DNA from: Deltaproteobacteria bacterium
GTDB lineage: Bacteria > Myxococcota_A > UBA9160 > JAFDET01
Length of the DNA: 47,025 nucleotides
Assembly (NCBI GenBank): GCA_019310195.1
Contig: JAFDET010000001.1
Location: 1-47,025, forward strand
Direction of reading: 5' to 3'
Of this stretch, positions 37,989 to 47,025 are shown piece after piece; positions within the stretch are counted from its first letter, which is position 1, and each line of letters opens with the position of its first letter. The translations under genes were made by a program, and so were the position numbers. A model generated the notes under the pieces. The model saw nothing but the letters and a program-made list of their open reading frames with translations, was not told the DNA's origin and did no database searches.

Positions 37989-38896
37989 GCCTCGTCCTCC
38001 AGCCAGTCCAGGATCAGGCGCGCGGTCTCCTCCGGCTTCTCGATGTGCATGAAGTGGCCGGCGTCCTCGACCACGGCGCGGTCCAGGCGGGGCACGTGGG
38101 CCAGCCGCTTGCTCAGCATCGGCTCGGGCAGCGGTCCCCAGGTGTCGGGCACGCCGCCCACCACGGCCAGCATGGGCAGGCGCAGCCGAGTCCAGTTGGG
38201 AGCGATCCACTCCGGGCGGAAGGGGCCCATGCCGCGGCCCGCGAAGGGATCGAACTTCCACACGTAGCCGTCCTCGGTGCGCCGCGATCCGGCCGAAGCG
38301 AAGTAGCGCAGCCAGTCCAGCGACAGGCGCGGGTTCTGGGCCTGGCGTCGCTCCGCCAGCACGCCGACGTCGGGCGCCGGGCGGAAGCCGGAGCGCGCGG
38401 CGGAGCGCTGCCGCCAGTCCAGGTACAAGGCCAGGTTCTCGGGAGGCGTGCGCGTTTCGTGTGTGCGGCCCGGGATCGCGAAGCCTTCTTCCGGCGGGCC
38501 GAAGCCGTCCAGGTTGACCAGCTTACGCACGCTGCCGGGGTCCAGAATTGCGGCATCGGTGGCGAGGCCGCCGCCGCGGCTGTGGCCCACCAGATGGGCG
38601 GGACGCCCCAGGTCGCGCAGGACGTGGATGACGTCCAGGATGTCGGTCGGCCAGCTGTACTCGTCGGCCCAGTCCGAGTCGCCGTGGCCGCGCGAATCGA
38701 TGGCCAGTACCCGGTAGCGTTCGGCCAGGCGCGGGGCGAGCAGGTCGAAGCCGCGCGCGTGGTCGTAGAAGCCGTGGGCGAGGACCACGGGCTCCGCTTC
38801 GGGATCGCCCCACTCGCACACGTGGATGCGCAGCCCAAACGAGCGCACGAACCGGCTCCGCGCGGGAGCCACGGCACCGGGATAGGAGATCTCCAT
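37985..38896 (-). CDS. alpha/beta hydrolase
   Basis: [25 protein letters not shown], and the nucleophile elbow VGHSRGGG. The C-terminal [13 protein letters not shown] supplies the catalytic His. The ATG at 38896 is residue 38 of the track ORF. Confidence 0.8.
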   Translation of the reverse strand: MEISYPGAVAPARSRFVRSFGLRIHVCEWGDPEAEPVVLAHGFYDHARGFDLLAPRLAERYRVLAIDSRGHGDSDWADEYSWPTDILDVIHVLRDLGRPAHLVGHSRGGGLATDAAILDPGSVRKLVNLDGFGPPEEGFAIPGRTHETRTPPENLALYLDWRQRSAARSGFRPAPDVGVLAERRQAQNPRLSLDWLRYFASAGSRRTEDGYVWKFDPFAGRGMGPFRPEWIAPNWTRLRLPMLAVVGGVPDTWGPLPEPMLSKRLAHVPRLDRAVVEDAGHFMHIEKPEETARLILDWLEDEA

Positions 38897-38999
38897 GGCG
38901 GACGGAGGATACAGGCCCCGCCCGATCTGCAGCCTGGGCGCGGCTCTGCTGCTTTCCGATGCAGCCCGGCGCTGCAAGTGCCCGAAAACACAGGCTCGC

Positions 39000-39028
39000 T
39001 TGCCCACCCGGGGGGGGTGCGCTAAAGT
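39000..39028 (+). promoter_or_regulatory. candidate sigma70-type promoter for rpsU-dnaG-rpoD (TTGCCC - 17 nt - TAAAGT), with a G8 run in the spacer
   Basis: TTGCCC at 39000-39005, TAAAGT at 39023-39028, and G8 at 39010-39017. This would give a leader of about 140 nt before the rpsU ATG. Confidence 0.3.
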
Positions 39029-39174
39029 CGATCGCCCTTCGCGGAAGCCCTAACATACCGGAACTTCAGGGGTTTCGGGTTCGCGACCCACGCCGACCCG
39101 AGCCCGTGAGCCTAAACCCGGTGGGTGGGCGACACTTGGGGCCATTCTGCGTCACTCACCAGGAGAGAGCGCGC

Positions 39175-39372
39175 ATGCCGGTAGTGAAGGTGAAGGACAA
39201 CGAGTCCTTCGAGGCCGCGATGAGGCGGTTCAAGAAGCAGGTCGAGAAGGCCGGCACTCTTTCGGAGCTGCGTCGTCGCGAGTACTACGACAAGCCGAGC
39301 ATTCGCAAGAAGAAGAAGGCTGCGGCGGCCCGCAAGCGCGCGCTCAAGAAGCTGAAACGGATGGTGCGCTAG
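39175..39372 (+). CDS. rpsU: 30S ribosomal protein S21
   Basis: [27 protein letters not shown]...[12 protein letters not shown]. An AGGAGAG Shine-Dalgarno sequence lies at 39161-39167. Confidence 0.95.
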   Translation: MPVVKVKDNESFEAAMRRFKKQVEKAGTLSELRRREYYDKPSIRKKKKAAAARKRALKKLKRMVR

Positions 39373-39403
39373 GAGCGCAAGTGGCCACTCGGGGGCGCTG
39401 AGA

Positions 39404-41167
39404 ATGGGCCGAATTCCCGACGAGACGATCCAGGCGATTCGCGATCGCGTCGATCTCGTCGAGCTGATCGGCCGCTACGTCGCCCTCAAGTCCGCAGGCC
39501 GCAATCACAAGGGTCTGTGTCCGTTCCACGAAGAGAAGACCCCCTCCTTCAACGTCAACGCCGAGCGCCAGATCTTCCACTGCTTCGGCTGTGACGCCGG
39601 CGGCAACGCCTTCACCTTCCTGATGCGTCACGAGAACCTCACCTTTCCGGAGGCCGTGCGCGAGCTGGGCCGCCAGGTGGGCGTCGAGGTGCAGGAATCC
39701 GACTCGCGAGAGACGGGCTTGTACGAGCAGCTCCGCGAGCTCAACGACGTGGCCCACTCCTTCTTCCGGGCCGAGCTGGCGTCGCCCCGCGGCGAGGTGG
39801 CGCGTAGCTACCTGGCGCAGCGCGGACTCGACGCCGATGTGGTCGAGAGCTTCGAGATCGGTTTCGCCCCGGACCGCTGGGACGCGGTGGTGGCGCACCT
39901 GAGCCAGCGTCGCGTTCCCGCGTCACTGGGCGAGAAGGCCGGACTTCTCGTCGAGCGCAAGAGCGGAGGGCACTACGATCGGCTGCGGGGCCGGGTGGTG
40001 TTCCCGATTCGCGACGCGCGCGGGCGCATCCTGGGCTTCGGTGGCCGCGCCATGGGGTCGGACCAGGAGCCCAAGTACCTGAACGGCCCCGAGACGGCCA
40101 TCTACCGCAAGCGCGAGGTCTTCTACGGCCTGCCCATGGCGCTGGAGCCCATGCGCCGCGCGGAGCGGGCCGTGGTGGTGGAGGGATACTTCGACGTGGT
40201 GGCGTTGCACCGCGCCGGAGTCGGCGAGGCCGTGGCCACCTGCGGCACGGCGCTGACGGAGGACCACGCGCGCGAGCTGCACCGTCGCACGCGTCAGGTG
40301 GTGCTGCTCTTCGACGGCGATGACGCCGGACGTCGAGCCGCGCGCTCCGCGCTCGAAATCCTGTTGCCCGCCGGGTTGCGCGTGCGTCACGTTGCGCTCC
40401 CGACCGGCGACGACCCGGACACCCTGTTGGCCCGTGAGGGTGGCGAAGCCCTGAAGCGCCTGGTGGACCAGGCCCCGCCCGCGTTGGAGGCGCAGATCGC
40501 CGAGGCTTGCTCCCGTGGGCTCACGACTCCCTGGGAGCGCGCCGACGCCGTACACGCGGTGGCGCCCCTGGTGGCCTTGGTGGTGGACCCGGTCGAGCGC
40601 GGCGAGTTCGCGCGGCTGCTGGCCATGCGCACCGGAGTGCGCGAAGAGGACGTGGACGCCGCCATTCGCGGCGCGCGCCGCGGCGGAGTGTACGACGATG
40701 AGGTGGCGGCACCGGCGCCGCGCCGGCGTGGACCCGAGGACCGTTGGTTCGGGAACTTGGCGGCTGCGGTCCTGGACCATCCCGGTCTGGCCGACCGCGT
40801 GCCCCTGGACGAGCTGGCGGTGCTCTTCCCCGACTCGGCGGCACTGGGTCCCGCCGTCGAGCTCATCGCCCGCGTGGCCGCCGGGGATGATCCGGCCGTC
40901 GAGCTGGAGGGCGAGGCCCGCGCGCTCTACACCCAGCTGGCCACCTCGGAGCGCGAGCCCCTCGACGACGTGGCGACGGCGCGCTCCATCGACGAAACCA
41001 TCGAGAATCTGCGCCGGCGCTCCCACCGGCGCGAACGCAAGGCCTCCACTCTCGCCCTGGCCCGGGGCGAGGCGGTGGACTCCGACGAGCTGCTCCGCCT
41101 GAAGGAGGAGCAGCTGCGTCGGCGTCGCGAGCTCTGGACCCAACCCCCCGATCCCGTACGGCATTGA
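39404..41167 (+). CDS. dnaG: DNA primase
   Basis: Zinc finger [30 protein letters not shown], and TOPRIM motifs [12 protein letters not shown] and [13 protein letters not shown]. Confidence 0.95.
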   Translation: MGRIPDETIQAIRDRVDLVELIGRYVALKSAGRNHKGLCPFHEEKTPSFNVNAERQIFHCFGCDAGGNAFTFLMRHENLTFPEAVRELGRQVGVEVQESDSRETGLYEQLRELNDVAHSFFRAELASPRGEVARSYLAQRGLDADVVESFEIGFAPDRWDAVVAHLSQRRVPASLGEKAGLLVERKSGGHYDRLRGRVVFPIRDARGRILGFGGRAMGSDQEPKYLNGPETAIYRKREVFYGLPMALEPMRRAERAVVVEGYFDVVALHRAGVGEAVATCGTALTEDHARELHRRTRQVVLLFDGDDAGRRAARSALEILLPAGLRVRHVALPTGDDPDTLLAREGGEALKRLVDQAPPALEAQIAEACSRGLTTPWERADAVHAVAPLVALVVDPVERGEFARLLAMRTGVREEDVDAAIRGARRGGVYDDEVAAPAPRRRGPEDRWFGNLAAAVLDHPGLADRVPLDELAVLFPDSAALGPAVELIARVAAGDDPAVELEGEARALYTQLATSEREPLDDVATARSIDETIENLRRRSHRRERKASTLALARGEAVDSDELLRLKEEQLRRRRELWTQPPDPVRH

Positions 41168-41186
41168 CCCAAGGAGCCCCCCTCCG

Positions 41187-42983
<1,797 letters not shown>

Positions 42984-42986
<3 letters not shown>

Positions 42987-43010
42987 GAAAAGGGACCGTC
43001 CCCTTTCTTA
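42984..43010. terminator. 27-nt near-perfect palindrome overlapping the rpoD stop codon (TAAGAAAAGGGAC-C-GTCCCCTTTCTTA)
   Basis: The 13-nt arms have one mismatch (a42991/c43003). The element shares ACTAAG and GACCGTCCCCTTTCTTA with the one after rho. It is AT-rich against a GC-rich background. Confidence 0.45.
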
Positions 43011-43020
43011 ATCCCTCCCA

Positions 43021-43470
43021 ATGGAGCGCTACTTCGCATACGGGTCCAACTTGGAGCCCCGGCGGTTCCGCGAGCGGGTTGGGGGGTTCCAGGTTCATGG
43101 CGTTGCGTGCCTCCACGGTCAATGCCTGGCCTTCAACAAGCGCGGGCGCGACGGGTCCGGCAAGGCCAACCTGATGCCCGACCCGCTGGGGTTGGTCTGG
43201 GGCGTGGTTTACGAGCTGACGCCGGTGGCGTGGCCCACTCTGGATCGGTTCGAAGGCGGCTACACGCGGCTGCGGGTCCAGGTCGAGCGGGGCCCGGGCG
43301 AAGGTCTCGAAGCCTGGACCTATGCGTCCAGCCGGCTCTCCCGGAAGCCGCCCTTTGCGTGGTACCGGGAGCACGTCGTCCAAGGGGCGCGGTATCACGG
43401 CCTGCCGGACGACTGGGTGGCGTGGCTCGAGGGCGTCATCGTTCAGCCGGATTCAAGCCGCGAGATCTGA
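43021..43470 (+). CDS. gamma-glutamylcyclotransferase (AIG2/GGCT-like) family protein
   Basis: YFAYGSNL N-terminal motif, and LDRFEGGYTR. Confidence 0.75.
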   Translation: MERYFAYGSNLEPRRFRERVGGFQVHGVACLHGQCLAFNKRGRDGSGKANLMPDPLGLVWGVVYELTPVAWPTLDRFEGGYTRLRVQVERGPGEGLEAWTYASSRLSRKPPFAWYREHVVQGARYHGLPDDWVAWLEGVIVQPDSSREI

Positions 43471-43473
43471 CCC

Positions 43474-43956
43474 GTGCGCGTCGGCGTCGTCAGCGATACC
43501 CACGACAACCTGCGCAACGTGGTACGGATCGTCGCGCTGCTGAACGGCGTGGGCGTGGATCGAGTCGTGCACACGGGCGACGTCACCCAGGTCAAGACAC
43601 TCGAGGTGTTGTCCGGTCTCGCCGCGCCCCCGCACGGCGTGTGGGGCAACAACGATCTTCCCCGGACCGTTCTCGAGGCGGCCAGCGCAGAGCTGGGCTT
43701 CGACTTCGCCGACTCGGGCCGCGAGTTCCGCTGGAGCCGGCGCCGGATCCTGGTGGTGCACGATCCGCTCGAGATCCACGAGCACCTGAACGGCCACCAC
43801 GTGGTGCTGCACGGGCACGACCACCGCTGCCGGGTCGAGCGGCGCGCGGGCTCGCTGATCGTGAACCCCGGCGAGTGTGCAGGGCACCTGGAAGGCCACA
43901 ACGCCGTGGGCGTGGTCGACCTGGAGAACCTCGAAGCCGAGGTCCTGCACTTCTAG
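43474..43956 (+). CDS. YfcE/MJ0936-family metallophosphoesterase
   Basis: VGVVSDTHDN, VHTGDV, GNND, and HGHDH. Confidence 0.8.
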   Translation: MRVGVVSDTHDNLRNVVRIVALLNGVGVDRVVHTGDVTQVKTLEVLSGLAAPPHGVWGNNDLPRTVLEAASAELGFDFADSGREFRWSRRRILVVHDPLEIHEHLNGHHVVLHGHDHRCRVERRAGSLIVNPGECAGHLEGHNAVGVVDLENLEAEVLHF

Positions 43957-43978
43957 GAAGGGCTAGCCTCCCCGGACC

Positions 43979-44833
43979 ATGGCCGACACGCCCGTCGTCC
44001 TGGGCCTGGTGCTGCTGGCCGCGCTGCTCCATGCCGTCTGGAACGCCCTCATCAAGGCGAGCGACGATCCCTGGCTCACCACCTTGGTCGTCTTTGTGTC
44101 GGGCTCGGTAGCGTGCGCGTTGGGCCTTCCCTTCGTGGACGTGCCTGCGCGGGAGAGCTGGGGTTATCTCGCCGCGGGCGCCCTGCTCCACAACGTCTAC
44201 GTGACGTTCCTGGTGCTTTCGTATCGCTTCGGCGATCTGTCGCACGTCTATCCGATTGCACGCGGCACGGGCCCGCTCCTGGTGGCCGCTCTGTCGGCGC
44301 GCGTCGTCGGCGAGCCTCTGTCGCAGATGGAGGTGGCGGGCACCGCGCTGATCAGCATCGGGGTCCTGTCGTTGGCCGTGGATCGAAGTCTCGGGACGGT
44401 GTCGGGTCGGCGCGCGGCGTTCTTCGCCCTGGGGACCGGCGTCTGGATCGCCGGCTATACCCTGGTGGACGCCATGGGCATACGCCGAGCCGGGGATCCG
44501 GGGCCACTGTCCTACGTGCTCTGGCTGCAGGCCCTGGAGGCGGTGCCCTTCGTCGTGGTGACGGTGATCCTGCGCCGGCGGGACCTGCCCGCCTTCGTGC
44601 GCCGCCCCGCCGCGCGCCGCGGCGTTGCCGGCGGGCTGATGGCCACCCTCGGTTACTCGATGGTGCTCTGGGCGTACAGTCTCGGAGCCATCGCTCCCAT
44701 CGCAGCGCTGCGCGAGACCGGAACGATCCTGGCCGCGTTGATCGGTACGCTGGTCCTGGGCGAGCCCTTCGGCCGCCGCCGGGTCTTCGCGGCGGGCGTC
44801 GTGGCACTGGGCGTCGTGGTCCTGAACCTGTGA
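43979..44833 (+). CDS. EamA/DMT-family transporter
   Basis: About 10 hydrophobic helices arranged as a duplicated EamA pattern (LHAVWNALIK ... AALRETGTILAALIGTLVLGEPF). Confidence 0.75.
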   Translation: MADTPVVLGLVLLAALLHAVWNALIKASDDPWLTTLVVFVSGSVACALGLPFVDVPARESWGYLAAGALLHNVYVTFLVLSYRFGDLSHVYPIARGTGPLLVAALSARVVGEPLSQMEVAGTALISIGVLSLAVDRSLGTVSGRRAAFFALGTGVWIAGYTLVDAMGIRRAGDPGPLSYVLWLQALEAVPFVVVTVILRRRDLPAFVRRPAARRGVAGGLMATLGYSMVLWAYSLGAIAPIAALRETGTILAALIGTLVLGEPFGRRRVFAAGVVALGVVVLNL

Positions 44834-44844
44834 GGGAATGACCC

Positions 44845-45651
44845 GTGGAGAGTGACTTGGAGCGGTTGATCGAGATCATGGCCAAGCTTCGTGATCCGGA
44901 GTCCGGCTGTCCGTGGGACGTGGAGCAGGACTTCCGAAGCATCGCGCCCTACACCATCGAAGAGGCGTACGAGGTGGCGGAGGCCATCGACGGCGGCGAC
45001 TTCGATGCGTTGCGCGACGAGCTGGGCGACCTGCTGCTTCAGGTGGTCTTCCACGCGCAGATGGCCCGGGAGGAGCGGCGCTTCGGCATCGACGACGTGA
45101 TCGCGTCGATCTGCGACAAGCTGGTGCGACGTCATCCTCACGTGTTCGGAGATGCGCTGGTGGAGGACGCCGACGCCCAGACCCGCGCCTGGGAGGACCA
45201 CAAGGCGCGCGAGCGCCGGGCCGCCGGTGGAGCCGAGGGCGCGCTGGCCGGCGTCGCACTCGGGCTGCCCGCCCTGATGCGCGCCGCCAAGCTGCAGCGC
45301 CGGGCGGCGCGCGCGGGCTTCGCGTGGGAGGGCGCGGGGCAGATCTTCGCCAAGCTGCGCGAGGAGGTGGGTGAGGTGCAGGTCGAGCTGGAGCGCGAGG
45401 CGCGCGAGCGCGCCATCGACGAGCTGGGCGACGTCCTGTTCGTGGCTGCGGGGCTGGTCCGCGAGCTGGGCGGTGATCCCGAGGAGGCCCTGCGGGTCAC
45501 CAACGGCCGCTTCGTGCGCCGCTTCGAGGCCATGGAGGCAGAGCTGGCGCCGGCGAAGCGCGGGTTCGATGAGCTGAGCTCCGACGAGCAGTGGGCCCTG
45601 TGGCGCCGCGCCAAGGAGACCGTGTCGCGCGACGAGTCCACAGCCGGCTAG
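44845..45651 (+). CDS. mazG: nucleoside triphosphate pyrophosphohydrolase MazG
   Basis: LRDPESGCPWDVEQDFRSIAPYTIEEAYEVAEAI, and EELGDLLLQVVFHAQ. The second half repeats the motif as EVGEV...ELGDVLFV. Confidence 0.9.
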   Translation: MESDLERLIEIMAKLRDPESGCPWDVEQDFRSIAPYTIEEAYEVAEAIDGGDFDALRDELGDLLLQVVFHAQMAREERRFGIDDVIASICDKLVRRHPHVFGDALVEDADAQTRAWEDHKARERRAAGGAEGALAGVALGLPALMRAAKLQRRAARAGFAWEGAGQIFAKLREEVGEVQVELEREARERAIDELGDVLFVAAGLVRELGGDPEEALRVTNGRFVRRFEAMEAELAPAKRGFDELSSDEQWALWRRAKETVSRDESTAG

Positions 45652-45681
45652 CATCGCGTCCGCGCTTCGGGAGGAACCGCC

Positions 45682-46152
45682 ATGCAACTTTACTCGCGCC
45701 CCTGGCTCATCGCGCTGCTCGCCGCCGCGGCATCGGTGGCGGCGTGCGGACCGCTCGGCCCGGTCCCTGGCGGAAAGCTGCGCGGAGCGGTTCACCAGGG
45801 CGCCCCGCCCGACTGGTCGTTCGCGCAAGACGAGAAGCAGATCCAGCTGGAGACGCGGCCCGGGGATCCCTACTCGGTGAATGTCTGGTGCGGCGTGATG
45901 GACGGCAAGCTCTACGTGCCCACCTCGCTGATCCTGGGCACCGACGATCCGGCGGAGCGGGGCTGGGTGCGGAACGTGCTGGACGACCCGCGGGTCCGCG
46001 TGCGCATCGAGGGCACGGTCTATCCGCTGCGGGCCCTTCGCGTGGATGACCCGGCCGAGCGCGAGGCGGCCCGAAAGATGCTCCTGGCCAAGTACGGCAC
46101 GGATGCGGACGAGCACGCCACAGCCGCCTGGATCTTCCGCCTCGGTCCGTAA
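45682..46152 (+). CDS. lipoprotein of unknown function
   Basis: Signal peptide plus lipobox: LIALLAAAASVAAC-G. I cannot assign a confident family. Confidence 0.6.
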   Translation: MQLYSRPWLIALLAAAASVAACGPLGPVPGGKLRGAVHQGAPPDWSFAQDEKQIQLETRPGDPYSVNVWCGVMDGKLYVPTSLILGTDDPAERGWVRNVLDDPRVRVRIEGTVYPLRALRVDDPAEREAARKMLLAKYGTDADEHATAAWIFRLGP

Positions 46153-46200
46153 CCTACTGCTTTAGCTTGCAATTCCAGGTTTTCAGTAAGCGACCTTATT

Positions 46201-46219
46201 GATATTGATTTTCATTTTC
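46201..46219. promoter_or_regulatory. Fur-box-like operator upstream of bfd-bfr
   Basis: GATATTGATTTTCATTTTC matches the 19-bp Fur consensus GATAATGATAATCATTATC at 15 of 19 positions. It lies in the only strongly AT-rich stretch of the window, 23 nt before the bfd ATG. Confidence 0.6.
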
Positions 46220-46241
46220 AGGTCTCTATCCTCTTGGAGCG

Positions 46242-46457
46242 ATGATCGTCTGTCACTGCCACAGCATCTCCGACCGCGCCATCCGGCGCGCAGTGCGCGA
46301 GGGCGCGGTCAGCCCCGACGAGGTGACCCGGAGCTGCTCGGCTGGCGGAACCTGCGGCGGCTGCCGCCCCCGCATCGATGCGATCGTCGAGCACGAGCAG
46401 CACGCCCGTGCGCGCAGCGACGCTGCCCAGGCGCCGGCCTTCTCCCGCGCTCGCTGA
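46242..46457 (+). CDS. bfd: bacterioferritin-associated ferredoxin ([2Fe-2S])
   Basis: MIVCHCHSISDRAIRRAV...CSAGGTCGGCRP (the C-x-C ... C-x2-C cluster ligands). It lies immediately upstream of bfr. Confidence 0.9.
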   Translation: MIVCHCHSISDRAIRRAVREGAVSPDEVTRSCSAGGTCGGCRPRIDAIVEHEQHARARSDAAQAPAFSRAR

Positions 46458-46556
46458 CCCCCGCTGAAAGCGACATTCAGTTTCAATTTGCTTGCCGCCC
46501 AGCGCGTGGCGGGATAGGTTCGCCTGGGTCAGCCGAAAGACACTTGGAGGTGTAGG

Positions 46557-47025
46557 ATGAAGGGCAATCCCGACGTGATCGAGGCGCTCAACGAGGTGCT
46601 CACCGCCGAGCTCACCGCGATCAACCAGTACTTCGTCCACTACAAGATGTGCGAGAACTGGGGCTATCAGCGGCTCGCCAAGAAGAAGCGCGAGGAGTCC
46701 ATCGAGGAGATGCACCACGCCGACAAGGTGATGGAGCGGATCCTCTACCTGGATGGGACGCCGAACATCCAGCGCCTCTTCCCAGTGGGCGTGGGCGAGG
46801 ACGCGATCGAGCAGCACAAGCTCGATCTGGCGCTGGAGGTGGACGCCGTGGAGCGGCTCAACAAGGCCATCGCTCTATGCCGGGACAAGGCCGACAACGG
46901 CAGCCGCGAGCTGCTGGAGGGGATCCTGCTCAACGAGGAAGAAGGGCTCGACTGGTTGGAGGCCCAGCTCCACCTGGTCCAGGAGGTGGGCAAGGAGGCC
47001 TACCTGGCGGAGCAGATCAACGAGT
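46557..47025 (+). CDS. bfr: bacterioferritin; 3' end lies outside the window
   Basis: From the ATG at 46557: MKGNPDVIEALNEVLTAELTAINQYFVHYKMCENWGY...EESIEEMHHADKVMERILYLDG. The frame is open to the window end. This gene is absent from the ORF track because no stop codon is reached. Confidence 0.92.
   Translation, partial: MKGNPDVIEALNEVLTAELTAINQYFVHYKMCENWGYQRLAKKKREESIEEMHHADKVMERILYLDGTPNIQRLFPVGVGEDAIEQHKLDLALEVDAVERLNKAIALCRDKADNGSRELLEGILLNEEEGLDWLEAQLHLVQEVGKEAYLAEQINE

Noticed and set aside
39081-39105. A T-loop-like GGGTTCGCGACCC in the rpsU leader, considered as a possible tRNA or tRNA-Sec.
   Set aside because: The loop is 5 nt rather than the 7-nt T-psi-C loop, and I could not build an acceptor, D or anticodon arm around it. 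I found no convincing tRNA anywhere in the window. A tRNAscan-SE run would settle this.
46468-46492. A possible second Fur box between bfd and bfr (GAAAGCGACATTCAGTTTCAATTTG).
   Set aside because: It is AT-richer than its surroundings but matches the 19-bp Fur consensus poorly. It shares only short words (AGCGAC, TTCAG, GCTTGC) with the upstream region, in a different order. That is not enough to call a site.

Overview
The window is very GC-rich (third codon positions are almost all G/C), densely coding, and looks like core chromosome. Gene order resembles Myxococcota or deltaproteobacteria, but I did not verify the taxon. I found no tRNA or rRNA genes, CRISPR arrays, transposases or integrases.

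There are two long co-directional gene trains with many overlapping start and stop codons:
- **Minus strand, 19265 to 8743:** RNase E/G, rplU, rpmA, obg, proB, proA, nadD, rsfS, a roughly 940-aa duplicated HtrA/Nma111-like protease, and comF.
- **Plus strand, 29213 to 37313:** prfA, prmC, murA, hisD, hisB, hisH, a secreted or lipoprotein gene, hisA and hisF.

Other blocks, in order:
- A thiol-redox and signalling neighbourhood: a frameshifted plant-type glutamate-cysteine ligase, a DUF1232 protein, a REC-PAS response regulator, a 6-TM protein of unknown function, grxC, trxB, and a PAS-DHp-REC protein with no ATPase domain.
- selA and an HNH protein.
- A ParA/MinD-like ATPase, a J-like/RodZ-like HTH protein and an 88-aa protein, followed by rluD and pgeF.
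- rho, with a C-rich leader.
- A divergent methyltransferase and glycosyltransferase pair.
- Two alpha/beta-hydrolase paralogues.
- The rpsU-dnaG-rpoD operon.
- A GGCT-like protein, a phosphoesterase, an EamA transporter, mazG and a lipoprotein.
- bfd-bfr behind a Fur-box-like site.

I see no clear-cut novel defence or mobile system. The items most worth a second look are:
- A perfect 28-bp tandem duplication that frameshifts the gshA-like gene.
- The kinase-less PAS-DHp-REC protein, together with the REC-PAS and 6-TM pair.
- The Nma111-like protease, whose second protease module is dead and which is start/stop-coupled to rsfS.
- The ParA-like, J-like(HPD-less)-HTH and small-protein trio.
- An AT-rich palindromic element shared by the 3' ends of rho and rpoD.

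Many long ORFs in the supplied track are antisense or out-of-frame artefacts of high GC content, and I rejected them.
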